From Prochlorococcus sp. AG-418-F16 (GTDB lineage Bacteria > Cyanobacteriota > Cyanobacteriia > PCC-6307 > Cyanobiaceae): a stretch of 24,000 nucleotides of DNA. A model generated the notes under the pieces. It worked only from the letters and a program-made list of their open reading frames with translations. It did not search any database and was not told the DNA's origin. The translations under genes and the position numbers were made by a program. The number at the start of each line of letters is the position of its first letter. The stretch's first letter is position 1. Location: assembly GCA_003214235.1 (NCBI GenBank), contig QCLW01000006.1, positions 1 to 24,000 on the forward strand, in the 5' to 3' direction. Positions 1-9,102 of the stretch are shown here, piece by piece.

Positions 1-1
1 T

Positions 2-970
2 AATGAGGAAGACCAAGAACAAGAAGAAGATAATTCTGATGGAGAAGAAGAATCTACTCCCGAAATACCCGAAGAATTTATCTTAGATCCTGAGGCATGT
101 ATGGTTGATCCAGATTTACTGCTTTTTTCATCAGCTAAAGCAAAAGCAGGAAATAGTGGAAGTAGATCAGTGATATTTAGTGACAGTAGAGGAAGATATG
201 TAAAACCTATCATCCCAAGGGGGAAAGTAAAAAGAATTGCGGTAGATGCAACTCTGCGAGCTGCGGCTCCCTATCAGAAATCAAGAAGATTAAGGAATCC
301 TAATAAATCAATAGTTATTGAAGAAAATGATTTTAGGGCAAAGCTTCTTCAAAAAAAGGCGGGTGCTTTAGTTATTTTTCTAGTTGATGCTAGTGGATCT
401 ATGGCTCTTAATAGAATGCAAAGTGCAAAAGGAGCAGTAATAAGACTTTTAACAGAGGCATATGAGAATAGAGATGAAGTCGCTCTTATTCCCTTTAGAG
501 GTAATCAGGCCGAGGTCCTTTTACCTCCAACAAGATCTATAACTGCAGCAAAAAGAAGGCTAGAAACAATGCCTTGCGGAGGTGGATCGCCTTTGGCTCA
601 TGGACTAACACAATCAGCGAAAGTTGCAAAAAATGCTCTTACTACAGGAGATATAGGTCAAGTTATTGTTGTGGGGATTACTGATGGAAGAGGAAATGTA
701 CCATTAGGATTATCTCTGGGACAAAATAAGGATGAAGAAAAAGATAATTCAAATGAAAATGACAATTTAAAGCAAGAGGTTCTTGATATCGCTGCTAAAT
801 ATCCCATGCTTGGGATAAAACTCTTAATAATTGATACAGAGAGAAAATTTATTGGAAGTGGCTTTGGTAAAGAATTAGCTGAGGCAGCTAAAGGTAAATA
901 TGTCCAACTGCCAAAAGCTACGGATAAAACAATCGCAGCTATGGCTTTAAATGCTATAAATGAACTCTAA
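2..970 (+). CDS. chlD: Magnesium chelatase subunit D (ChlD), C-terminal part; the 5' end lies upstream of the window
   Basis: The frame is open from base 2 ([19 protein letters not shown]..., the acidic linker typical of ChlD) and runs into listed ORF 101-970. The C-terminal von Willebrand A domain has the MIDAS motif DASGSM ([14 protein letters not shown]) and ITDGRGN. Stop at 968-970. Confidence 0.9.
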   Translation, partial: NEEDQEQEEDNSDGEEESTPEIPEEFILDPEACMVDPDLLLFSSAKAKAGNSGSRSVIFSDSRGRYVKPIIPRGKVKRIAVDATLRAAAPYQKSRRLRNPNKSIVIEENDFRAKLLQKKAGALVIFLVDASGSMALNRMQSAKGAVIRLLTEAYENRDEVALIPFRGNQAEVLLPPTRSITAAKRRLETMPCGGGSPLAHGLTQSAKVAKNALTTGDIGQVIVVGITDGRGNVPLGLSLGQNKDEEKDNSNENDNLKQEVLDIAAKYPMLGIKLLIIDTERKFIGSGFGKELAEAAKGKYVQLPKATDKTIAAMALNAINEL

Positions 971-976
971 TATTAA

Positions 977-1822
977 CTAGGGATAAATTTCATTAAGGAA
1001 TTTTGAAAGTCCAATGGTTAAATCTCTTATGGATTTAGTCAATTCTTTATCTTTCGTTAATTTTTCAAAATCATCACTCATATCATCTATTTTGCTAGAA
1101 ATAGATTTTGCAGCATTAATTGTCAACTTAATGTCATTAAGGGTTTCTTTGTCATCTATAGTAGACAAAATGTTATTTAAATGATTAGCAGCAGTTGTAA
1201 TATTTTTTATCAAAGGTTCAATTCTTAGTATCTCTTGTTTTGATAAATAAATTAATTCATCAAGGTTTTCTTGTGTTTTATCAAATTGATCAATTGAGTT
1301 AACAATGTTCTCAATTAAATTTTCTTGATTTGATTCTTTTAAAAGTTGACTTATTCTATTTGTAATATTTGAAAGACTTGATAGTTGTTTCCCAGTAATA
1401 ATATCTCCCTGACAAATAATTAATTTGGTATCACAATTTTCGGATGTAGGTTTTGCGATATTTTTAGGAATGGTTTTTTCACTAGTTTCTAAAGCGACTT
1501 GTACATCTCCTCCAAGGAAAGAATTAGTTACTACCCTAGCAAATGCTGGCCTAGTAAGAATAATTTCAGGATTGTTTAAAACTATTTTTGCTTTAATTGA
1601 TTCATTAGTAAATAAGATGTCTTCTATTGATCCTACTAAAATTCCTCTGTAAGTAACAGGAGAATTCTTTGATAAACCGCTTGCGTTATTGAATTCAGCA
1701 AAGAGGTGCCAACTTTTTGAAGATAATCTTACTCCTCTTAGCCAAAAAGAAAAAAATGTAAATATTAAAATCCCTCCTAATAAGGAAAATCCAACTATTG
1801 AATCTCGTAAGCTTCTACGCAT
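977..1822 (-). CDS. MCE-domain (MlaD/TGD2-like) substrate-binding component of an ABC lipid-type transporter
   Basis: 281-aa ORF. It has one N-terminal TM helix (IVGFSLLGGILIFTFFSFWL), then an MCE-like beta domain (FNNASGLSKNSPVTYRGILVGSIEDI) and a long helical C-terminus. It lies 5 nt downstream of the ABC ATPase gene on the same strand. Confidence 0.75.
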   Translation of the reverse strand: MRRSLRDSIVGFSLLGGILIFTFFSFWLRGVRLSSKSWHLFAEFNNASGLSKNSPVTYRGILVGSIEDILFTNESIKAKIVLNNPEIILTRPAFARVVTNSFLGGDVQVALETSEKTIPKNIAKPTSENCDTKLIICQGDIITGKQLSSLSNITNRISQLLKESNQENLIENIVNSIDQFDKTQENLDELIYLSKQEILRIEPLIKNITTAANHLNNILSTIDDKETLNDIKLTINAAKSISSKIDDMSDDFEKLTKDKELTKSIRDLTIGLSKFLNEIYP

Positions 1823-1827
1823 AATTT

Positions 1828-2613
1828 CTAAATGTCTTTGGGTTGCATTGGACCATCAAGTTTGCCATGCCTAAATTGAAATACATAGGGATCTTTACTA
1901 TTTTTGAATTCATCAATAGATCCTGCCCATCTAAATTTGCCTCCGTAAAGCATTAAAACTTTATCTGAAGTCCTTTCTATAGTACTAAGAACATGGCTAA
2001 CCACAATAGATGATCCGTTGGCTTTATTATTTGTCTTATTAATTAAATCTTCAATTCTTGATGAGGCAATTGGATCAAGACCTGCAGTCGGTTCATCAAA
2101 AAGTAATAAAGGTTTAGTCTTGGTATTTAGAGTGTTATCTGTAATTAAAGCTCTAGCAAAACTTACTCTTTTTTGCATACCTCCGCTTAATTCATTAGGA
2201 AGTTTATTCTCAATATTAAATAATCCTACTTCAGCTAAGCATTCACATACGATTTCATGGATTAATTTTTTAGATAGGTTTTTATTTCTTTTAAGTAGAA
2301 AACCTACATTTTCTGCAATTGTTAAGGATCCTAATAATGCTGGGTTCTGAAAAACTAGTCTTACGTCAGGAGGATTATTTTGATCCAGTCTCAGATATAT
2401 TTGTTTTTCACCAAATATTCTTAATTCCCCTTTAGTAGGTAAAATGAGGCCTGCTATTATTTTTAAAATAGTTGACTTGCCAGAACCTGAGGGACCAACA
2501 ATAGCTAATTTCTCTCCATCATTAAGTTCTAAATTTAGTTGATTAAGGACATTAACTCCTCCCCAGCTTATTGAGAGGTTTTTTGCTTGAACTGCATGAT
2601 TTGATTTTTCCAA
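1828..2613 (-). CDS. ABC transporter ATP-binding protein (MlaF/TGD3-like)
   Basis: Walker A GPSGSGKST, ABC signature LSGGMQKRVSFARAL, Walker B LLLFDEPTAGLD and H-loop VVSHV. Probably co-transcribed with the MCE gene. Confidence 0.9.
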   Translation of the reverse strand: MEKSNHAVQAKNLSISWGGVNVLNQLNLELNDGEKLAIVGPSGSGKSTILKIIAGLILPTKGELRIFGEKQIYLRLDQNNPPDVRLVFQNPALLGSLTIAENVGFLLKRNKNLSKKLIHEIVCECLAEVGLFNIENKLPNELSGGMQKRVSFARALITDNTLNTKTKPLLLFDEPTAGLDPIASSRIEDLINKTNNKANGSSIVVSHVLSTIERTSDKVLMLYGGKFRWAGSIDEFKNSKDPYVFQFRHGKLDGPMQPKDI

Positions 2614-2746
2614 AACTTTTATAAAGAAAAGTCATCTTCTATTACATATTGCCTATTTTTAGCAATAAAAAAAGGATGTGTGAATTTGATTTATAATGAA
2701 TATATGAGGTTTTTAAATTTGATAAAAATAATTTAAGAGGTTTTTA

Positions 2747-4132
2747 ATGAATAAGCGTAAAAAAAGAGTAAGAAAATATTATGAGTACTATAAAAAGTCC
2801 AATTTTCTCTTATTAAATAAAATCTTAAGAATTTTGAGTTGGCTTTTGCCAGGACTAGTAATAAAAAGATGGATGATTACTTCTGCAATAGGATTTTTGA
2901 CTTCATTATTAGGAGTGACAATTTGGACAAATTTAAGGCCACTGTATTGGCTTATTGAGGTATTTTTTTGGTTGATGAATGGTTTAACTAGTTTCTTACC
3001 TGTTTCATTAATGGGACCATTGATTTTCATTCTTGGACTTTTATTGATCGGGATTGGGCAAAATAGAAGTATCAATTCTATTCAAAAAGCCCTTGTTCCA
3101 GAAAAAAATACATTTTTAGTTGATGCATTAAGAGTTAAGAGTAAATTAAACAGAGGTCCTAATATTGTTGCAATTGGTGGAGGAACAGGGTTATCTACTT
3201 TATTAAAAGGGTTAAAAAATTACAGCAGCAATATTACAGCAATTGTAACTGTATCCGATGATGGTGGAAGTAGTGGAATTCTTAGAAAACAATTAGGTGT
3301 GCAACCTCCAGGAGATATTAGAAATTGTTTGGCTGCCTTATCAAACGAAGAACCAACTTTAACTAGGTTATTTCAATATAGATTTTCAGGAGGAAGTGGC
3401 CTAGAGGGACATAGCTTTGGAAATCTATTCTTATCTGCTTTAACAACAATTACGGGTAGTCTAGAAAAAGCAGTACAAGCCTCTAGTAAGGTTTTAGCGG
3501 TACAAGGTCTAGTATTACCTGCAACAAATGTTGATGTTATGTTATGGGCCGAACTAGAGGATGGTGAAAAAATTTTTGGAGAAAGCAAGATCAGTAAATC
3601 TAACAAATTAATCTCAAGGATTGGTTACTTTCCAGAAAATCCTTCTGCTCTCCCAAGTGCTCTCGAATCTATAAAAGAAGCTGACTTAATTGTCCTTGGC
3701 CCGGGCAGTCTATACACTTCTTTATTGCCAAATTTGCTTGTTCCAGAGATTGTAGATGCTTTATTGCAAAGTAATGCTCCCAAAATTTACATAAGTAATT
3801 TGATGACTCAGCCTGGAGAAACAGATGGGCTTGATGTATATAAGCATATCAAATCAATAGAAAAACAATTATCAAATTTTGGAGTTAATAAAAGAATTTT
3901 TAACGCAATTTTATCTCAGATTCAATTTGAAAAGTCTCCACTAGTAGATTATTATGAAACTAAAGGAGCAGAGCCTGTCCGATGTAATAAAGAAAAATTA
4001 TTATCTGAGGGTTATTATGTTGTGCAGGCACCACTATACTCAAAAAGAATAACTCCAACTCTTAGACATGATCCCAGGAGACTAGCAAGAGAGGTAATGT
4101 TTATGTACCGCAAATTAAAGAAATTAAACTAA
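2747..4132 (+). CDS. YvcK/CofD-family (UPF0052, gluconeogenesis-factor-like) protein with an N-terminal membrane domain
   Basis: The core starts at [19 protein letters not shown] and includes [18 protein letters not shown] and [15 protein letters not shown], all typical of the YvcK/CofD fold. The first ~105 aa hold several hydrophobic helices. AAGAGG sits 6-12 nt upstream of the ATG. Confidence 0.8.
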   Translation: MNKRKKRVRKYYEYYKKSNFLLLNKILRILSWLLPGLVIKRWMITSAIGFLTSLLGVTIWTNLRPLYWLIEVFFWLMNGLTSFLPVSLMGPLIFILGLLLIGIGQNRSINSIQKALVPEKNTFLVDALRVKSKLNRGPNIVAIGGGTGLSTLLKGLKNYSSNITAIVTVSDDGGSSGILRKQLGVQPPGDIRNCLAALSNEEPTLTRLFQYRFSGGSGLEGHSFGNLFLSALTTITGSLEKAVQASSKVLAVQGLVLPATNVDVMLWAELEDGEKIFGESKISKSNKLISRIGYFPENPSALPSALESIKEADLIVLGPGSLYTSLLPNLLVPEIVDALLQSNAPKIYISNLMTQPGETDGLDVYKHIKSIEKQLSNFGVNKRIFNAILSQIQFEKSPLVDYYETKGAEPVRCNKEKLLSEGYYVVQAPLYSKRITPTLRHDPRRLAREVMFMYRKLKKLN

Positions 4133-4659
4133 TAAGCATCTTGAAGTTCATAGAAATCTGGCTGAATATAGTCTTTTCTTAATGGCCATCCTCTCCAATC
4201 TTCAGGCATTAAGAGTCTTTTGGGATTTGGATGATCAATGAAATTTATTCCATACATGTCATATGTTTCTCTTTCTTGCCAATCACTTCCTCTGAAAATT
4301 TTATACAAACTAGGTATTGATAAATCAGAATCTCTTTTTAAGAAAACTTTTAATCTAACCTCTCTAATCTTTTCGATTTTTTGTAAGTCATCAAGAGTTA
4401 TAAAATGATAGAAACTAACAAGATTCTTTCCTGGCCCTTCATCATAACCACCTTGACATTGTAGATAGTTGAAGCCGTAATTTTTTAAAGCCAATACTGC
4501 TTCATATAATTTGCTAGGTTCAACAGAAATATTTTCAATTCCTAGGTGATCATCAGCTAATGATTGATTTGAAATTCCGTCTTTAGATAAATTTTGACTT
4601 ACAAATCCTTCTTTTTCTATTGAAGCATCATAGGAATTGGTTAAACCGTCTTTTTCCAT
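4129..4659 (-). CDS. ndhJ: NAD(P)H-quinone oxidoreductase (NDH-1) subunit J
   Basis: NuoC/30-kDa-type sequence ([40 protein letters not shown]). Its ATG shares one base with the ndhK stop (TAATG on the minus strand at 4657-4661). Confidence 0.93.
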   Translation of the reverse strand: MEKDGLTNSYDASIEKEGFVSQNLSKDGISNQSLADDHLGIENISVEPSKLYEAVLALKNYGFNYLQCQGGYDEGPGKNLVSFYHFITLDDLQKIEKIREVRLKVFLKRDSDLSIPSLYKIFRGSDWQERETYDMYGINFIDHPNPKRLLMPEDWRGWPLRKDYIQPDFYELQDAY

Positions 4660-5393
4660 TAATTTTCTTCACTATTGGTGATATTAGCTTTTTCGCTGAA
4701 CTCAGATAGTTCAGTTATTTTTTCTTTTTTGGAAGATGGAATCATATTAGTTGAAGTTTTGTTGAGATATTCACCAGTATTTTCAGAAAAAACGAGATTC
4801 ATTTCGTGATTAATCGTTATGTATCTGTGAGTTTGTTCTGTTTTTGTCCGCTCTAAAATAGATTCATTCCCTACTTTTTTTCGTAATTTTATTACAGCAT
4901 CAAAAATTGCTTCTGGCCTTGGTGGGCATCCTGGAAGATACAAATCTATTGGGATCAATTTGTCAACGCCTCTCACAGCGGTAGTAGAGTCCGCGCTAAA
5001 CATTCCTCCTGTAATTGTACAAGCACCCATCGCAATTACGTATTTTGGTTCAGGCATCTGCTCATAAAGTCTTACTAGAGCTGGAGCCATCTTCATTGTT
5101 ACTGTTCCTGCAACTATTAATAAATCTGCTTGTCTTGGAGAGCTTCTGGGTACTAATCCAAATCTATCAAAATCAAATCTAGATCCAATTAGGGCAGCAA
5201 ATTCAATAAAACAACAAGCTGTGCCATATAGGAGAGGCCAAAGACTACTTAGTCTTGCCCAATTGTGAAGATCGTCTAAACTTGTAAGGATAATATTTTC
5301 GCTTAAATCTGTAGTTACTTGTGGAGCTCCAAGCGGATTACAAGTTCCTTCTCTAATTTCTCTAATTGCTTTTGGGGATAATTGTGGGTTCAA
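4659..5393 (-). CDS. ndhK: NAD(P)H-quinone oxidoreductase (NDH-1) subunit K
   Basis: NuoB-type Fe-S motifs: [19 protein letters not shown] and LPGCPPRPE. It sits between ndhC and ndhJ. Confidence 0.93.
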   Translation of the reverse strand: MNPQLSPKAIREIREGTCNPLGAPQVTTDLSENIILTSLDDLHNWARLSSLWPLLYGTACCFIEFAALIGSRFDFDRFGLVPRSSPRQADLLIVAGTVTMKMAPALVRLYEQMPEPKYVIAMGACTITGGMFSADSTTAVRGVDKLIPIDLYLPGCPPRPEAIFDAVIKLRKKVGNESILERTKTEQTHRYITINHEMNLVFSENTGEYLNKTSTNMIPSSKKEKITELSEFSEKANITNSEEN

Positions 5394-5397
5394 TTTT

Positions 5398-5760
5398 TTA
5401 ACTCCATTCTAAAGCACCTTTTCTCCAAGCGTAGGCTAAAGCAATCAATAGAATCGCTATAAAAATTAAAGCTTCTATAAATGCTAGTAAGCCTAGTCTA
5501 TTAAATGCAACAGCCCAAGGATAAAGGAATACTGTCTCAACATCAAATATAACGAAAACTAATGCAAACATGTAGTACCTAATATTAAATTGAATCCAAG
5601 CCCCTCCGATAGGTTCCATCCCTGATTCATATGTTAGTTTTCTTTCGCCAGTTCTACCTTTTGGCGCAACTATGAGATTAGTAACTAGAGCTAATATTGG
5701 AACAGCAGCGGCAATTAATAGAAAGCCTAAAAAATATTCATAGCCATTTAATAAAAACAT
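5398..5760 (-). CDS. ndhC: NAD(P)H-quinone oxidoreductase (NDH-1) subunit 3 (NdhC)
   Basis: 120-aa three-helix membrane protein with the NuoA/NdhC signature ([21 protein letters not shown]). First gene of the ndhC-K-J operon. Confidence 0.93.
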   Translation of the reverse strand: MFLLNGYEYFLGFLLIAAAVPILALVTNLIVAPKGRTGERKLTYESGMEPIGGAWIQFNIRYYMFALVFVIFDVETVFLYPWAVAFNRLGLLAFIEALIFIAILLIALAYAWRKGALEWS

Positions 5761-5836
5761 CTTAAAAATTAATTTTGAATAAAATTCGCTTAATTAAGCA
5801 AAATCTTTTAAAGTTCTTAAAGAACAATAATAAACC

Positions 5837-6265
5837 GTGAGTGAAAACATTCAACCAGCATCTGAGGAAAACAAAATAGTTGAAAACTTTGAGAAAGAAA
5901 AACTTTCTGAAAACTCCTTAGGAAAAAATGTTGAACAACCTTCCGCTAATTTAGAACAAAATAGATTCGAATGTAGAAGTTGTGGATACATTTATGACCC
6001 TTCTGAAGGAAATAAGAAATTAAATATACCCCCAAATACACCATTTTTAGATTTGGATGGGAATACGTTTGCCTGCCCCGTTTGTCGAGCGGGTAAAAAC
6101 TTTTATAAAGATATAGGTCCAAAATCTAAACCTAGTGGTTTTGAAGAGAATTTAACTTACGGATTTGGCTTCAATAGCCTACCTCCTGGCCAAAAAAATA
6201 TATTAATTTTTGGAGGCTTGGCATTCGCAGCTGCATGTTTCCTTTCTTTGTACTCTTTGCATTAA
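5837..6265 (+). CDS. rubA: Membrane-anchored rubredoxin (RubA)
   Basis: Rubredoxin Cys pairs CRSCGYIYDP and CPVCRAGK, plus a C-terminal TM helix (ILIFGGLAFAAACFLSLYSL). An in-frame TAA at 5831-5833 and the lack of any ATG before the Cys motifs force the GTG start at 5837. Confidence 0.88.
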   Translation: MSENIQPASEENKIVENFEKEKLSENSLGKNVEQPSANLEQNRFECRSCGYIYDPSEGNKKLNIPPNTPFLDLDGNTFACPVCRAGKNFYKDIGPKSKPSGFEENLTYGFGFNSLPPGQKNILIFGGLAFAAACFLSLYSLH

Positions 6266-6274
6266 TATAAATAA

Positions 6275-7291
6275 ATGAAAAAAATTATTACCAGCATCCC
6301 TAATCTTTTTTTACCTTTACTTCTTTGCTTTGTATTGAGCGGTTGTTCAACTACTGGGGTGAAGATGAATGATACCAGTCCTTGGAAAGCAATTCAATTT
6401 GAAGATCAGGCAAATGTTCTTGATATTGACTTTATGGATAATAATAATGGATTTTTAGTGGGTTCTAATAGACTTATTATGGAATCAAATGATGGCGGAG
6501 AAACTTGGGAAAAAAGAAATTTAGATTTACCAACTGAAGAGAACTTTCGTCTCATAAATATTGATTTTAAAGGTGAAGAAGGATGGTTAATAGGCCAGCC
6601 TTCATTGGTAATGCATACACTTGATTCGGGGAAGAATTGGACTCGTTTATCACTAGGTAACAAATTACCAGGCCAACCATTTCTTATAACAACAGTTGAT
6701 GATGGGGTTGCTGAACTTGCAACTACAGCTGGTGCTATTTATGAGACATCAGATAGTGGTGAATCATGGAATGCGAAAGTTGTAGATGCCTCAGGTTCTG
6801 GAGGGGTTAGAGATTTAAGAAGAACTAATAAGGGAGATTATGTCAGCGTAAGTAGTTTGGGTAATTTCTTTTCTACTTTGGAAAAAAATAGTGATACATG
6901 GATAGCTCATCAAAGAGCAAGTAGCAAAAGAGTTCAAAGTATTGGTTTCAATCCAGAAGGAAGTTTATGGATGCTTTCGAGAGGAGCAGAAATTAGATTT
7001 AATGAAGATAATAATGACCTCGAAAGTTGGTCAAAGCCCATTATACCTATTCTTAATGGATACAATTATCTAGACATGGGATGGGACCCAAATGGTCACA
7101 TATGGGCCGGAGGTGGTAATGGCACTTTAATAGTAAGTAAAGATCAAGGTAAAACTTGGAATTCAGATCCCATCGCTACCTCCTTACCAACAAACTTTAT
7201 CAAAATAGTTTTTCTTGATAAAGGTGAATTAGAGAAAGAAAAAGGTTTCGTTCTTGGAGAACGTGGTTATATCCTCAAATGGAATGGGTAA
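6275..7291 (+). CDS. ycf48: Photosystem II stability/assembly factor Ycf48 (HCF136 homologue)
   Basis: Lipoprotein-type signal peptide with lipobox LSGC. Repeated beta-propeller blades of the form D.G.(T/S)W ([38 protein letters not shown]). Conserved position between rubA and psbE. Confidence 0.9.
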   Translation: MKKIITSIPNLFLPLLLCFVLSGCSTTGVKMNDTSPWKAIQFEDQANVLDIDFMDNNNGFLVGSNRLIMESNDGGETWEKRNLDLPTEENFRLINIDFKGEEGWLIGQPSLVMHTLDSGKNWTRLSLGNKLPGQPFLITTVDDGVAELATTAGAIYETSDSGESWNAKVVDASGSGGVRDLRRTNKGDYVSVSSLGNFFSTLEKNSDTWIAHQRASSKRVQSIGFNPEGSLWMLSRGAEIRFNEDNNDLESWSKPIIPILNGYNYLDMGWDPNGHIWAGGGNGTLIVSKDQGKTWNSDPIATSLPTNFIKIVFLDKGELEKEKGFVLGERGYILKWNG

Positions 7292-7426
7292 GGCTGAAAA
7301 ATGCAAAAAAAGATAAAACAAATCTTAATTTTTGAGTAATTTAGCAACTGTCTGTAACCAAGCTGTTAATATCTTCGCAAACATATGATTTTACCCTGTA
7401 AGATCATAAGGTAAATAATTGTGATT

Positions 7427-7675
7427 ATGGCCGCAGGTTCAACGGGTGAACGCCCATTCTTTGAAATTATCACCAGTGTTAGATACTGGGTTATTCATGC
7501 AGTAACACTTCCAGCTATCTTTATAGCAGGCTTCTTATTTGTATATACAGGTCTTGCTTACGATGCTTTTGGAACTCCTCGTCCGGATAGTTATTTCCAG
7601 GCATCTGAATCAAAAGCACCTGTCGTAACGCAAAGATATGATGCTAAATCTCAATTAGATTTAAGAACAAAATAA
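7427..7675 (+). CDS. psbE: Cytochrome b559 alpha subunit (PsbE)
   Basis: [39 protein letters not shown]..., with the heme-ligand His in the RYWVIH context. The ATG at 7427 is preferred over the GTG at 7421 that the ORF track uses. Confidence 0.93.
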   Translation: MAAGSTGERPFFEIITSVRYWVIHAVTLPAIFIAGFLFVYTGLAYDAFGTPRPDSYFQASESKAPVVTQRYDAKSQLDLRTK

Positions 7676-7676
7676 C

Positions 7677-7823
7677 ATGACTAATTCACAAGCTCCAATG
7701 CAGGCTGCTGAAGTCCGCGTTTATCCCATATTTACTGTTCGTTGGTTGGCAGTTCACGCATTAGCCATTCCATCAGTATTTTTCTTAGGTGCTATTGCAG
7801 CTATGCAATTCATTAGACGTTAA
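7677..7823 (+). CDS. psbF: Cytochrome b559 beta subunit (PsbF)
   Basis: Absent from the ORF track. Manual translation gives [48 protein letters not shown] (48 aa). This is the canonical PsbF motif [12 protein letters not shown]. It starts 1 nt after the psbE stop. Confidence 0.93.
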
Positions 7824-7834
7824 CTTTATTTATT

Positions 7835-7954
7835 ATGCAAGTAAACGAAAATCCGAACAAAGTTCCAGTAGAACTTAATCGTACAAGTCTATATTTAGGC
7901 TTATTATCAGTATTTGTTTTGGGAATTTTATTTTCCAGTTACTTTTTCAACTAA
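7835..7954 (+). CDS. psbL: Photosystem II protein L (PsbL)
   Basis: Absent from the ORF track. Manual translation gives [39 protein letters not shown] (39 aa), a canonical PsbL sequence. Confidence 0.93.
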
Positions 7955-7963
7955 TTTAAAACT

Positions 7964-8158
7964 ATGAGTAAACTAAAAGGACCTGATGGCAGAATTCCAG
8001 ACAGATTACCTGATGGTAGACCTGCCGTCGCATGGGAAAGAAGATGGACTGAGGGAACCCTTCCTCTTTGGCTTGTGGCTACAGCAGGTGGCATAGCAGT
8101 TATTTTCGTATTAGGAATATTTTTCTACGGATCTTACAACGGAGTTGGTTCCGCTTAA
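7964..8158 (+). CDS. psbJ: Photosystem II protein J (PsbJ), long marine-picocyanobacterial form
   Basis: 64 aa. The C-terminal TM region [26 protein letters not shown] matches PsbJ. Last gene of psbEFLJ. Confidence 0.88.
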   Translation: MSKLKGPDGRIPDRLPDGRPAVAWERRWTEGTLPLWLVATAGGIAVIFVLGIFFYGSYNGVGSA

Positions 8159-8192
8159 GCAATTAGAACCCTTTAAGTTGGTTAGATATTAT

Positions 8193-9092
8193 CTAACTCC
8201 AATAAGAATCTGTAAATATCTCTAGTTTTTCCTTTGTGGAACTGGGGATATTTTCTTTTTTGGTGATTAATCCATCTTTCAATGAAGAATGAGACTTGCT
8301 TTTTGGCCTTTCGATTTCAATTACTTTCGCTAATTCAATCATTATTTTATTAGCAACTTCATTATTGTTTCTAAGATTATCCAGAACCATCTCAACAGAT
8401 ACTTCTTGATGAGTTTGATGCCAGCAATCATAGTCAGTAACCATTGATAATGAGGAGTAAGCTATTTCGGCCTCTTTAGCTAATCTTGCTTCTGTGTGGT
8501 TAGTCATCCCTATGATTGAGCATCCCCAACTTCTATATAAATTAGATTCTGCTCGAGTTGAGAACGCAGGCCCCTCCATGGCTAGATATGTACCTCCTCT
8601 ATGTAATTGCCTCCCTTCAGGAATATTTTGTTCTCCTACTTCGCTTAATATTCGACATAAATTTGTACAGAAAGGATCACCCATCGTCACGTGCGCGACA
8701 GCTCCCTCATTAAAGAATGTTGAAGGTCTGTTTGTTGTCCTGTCAATAAATTGATCAGGTATAACTATATCTAGAGGCCTTATTTGTTCTTGAAGAGATC
8801 CAACTGCTGATGGTGCGATAATCCATCTTACTCCAATCGATCTCAAAGCCCAAATGTTAGCTTTATAAGGAATTTCAGTAGGATTTAATCTATGTGTTGT
8901 TCCATGTCTAGGAATGAATGCTATTTCTAAATTTCTAAGCTTATATACTCTTATTGAATCTGAAGGTTTACCATAGGGAGTATTGATTTTTATTTCTCTT
9001 AAATAATCTATTTTATCCATTGAATAAAATCCACTCCCACCTATTACTCCTAATCTTGAATTTTCGATTGGTAATAAATGTTCTTTATTCAT
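8193..9092 (-). CDS. mtnP: S-methyl-5'-thioadenosine phosphorylase (MTAP)
   Basis: PNP/MTAP-family motifs: LGVIGGSGFY, FIPRHG..H, KANIWALRSIGV, GTYLAMEGPAFSTRAES and IGMTNHTEARLAKEAEI. Confidence 0.88.
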   Translation of the reverse strand: MNKEHLLPIENSRLGVIGGSGFYSMDKIDYLREIKINTPYGKPSDSIRVYKLRNLEIAFIPRHGTTHRLNPTEIPYKANIWALRSIGVRWIIAPSAVGSLQEQIRPLDIVIPDQFIDRTTNRPSTFFNEGAVAHVTMGDPFCTNLCRILSEVGEQNIPEGRQLHRGGTYLAMEGPAFSTRAESNLYRSWGCSIIGMTNHTEARLAKEAEIAYSSLSMVTDYDCWHQTHQEVSVEMVLDNLRNNNEVANKIMIELAKVIEIERPKSKSHSSLKDGLITKKENIPSSTKEKLEIFTDSYWS

Positions 9093-9102
9093 TGTGATGT
9101 AA

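Noticed and set aside
7351-7369. HLR1-like (RpaB-box-like) direct repeat upstream of psbE: TTAACAGC-ttg-GTTACAGA on the minus strand.
   Set aside because: It has a 3-nt spacer where 2 nt is expected, mismatches in both repeats, and the opposite orientation to psbE. It is not distinguishable from chance without comparative data.
7421-7426. GTG start for psbE at 7421.
   Set aside because: An ATG two codons downstream gives the canonical PsbE N-terminus [11 protein letters not shown].
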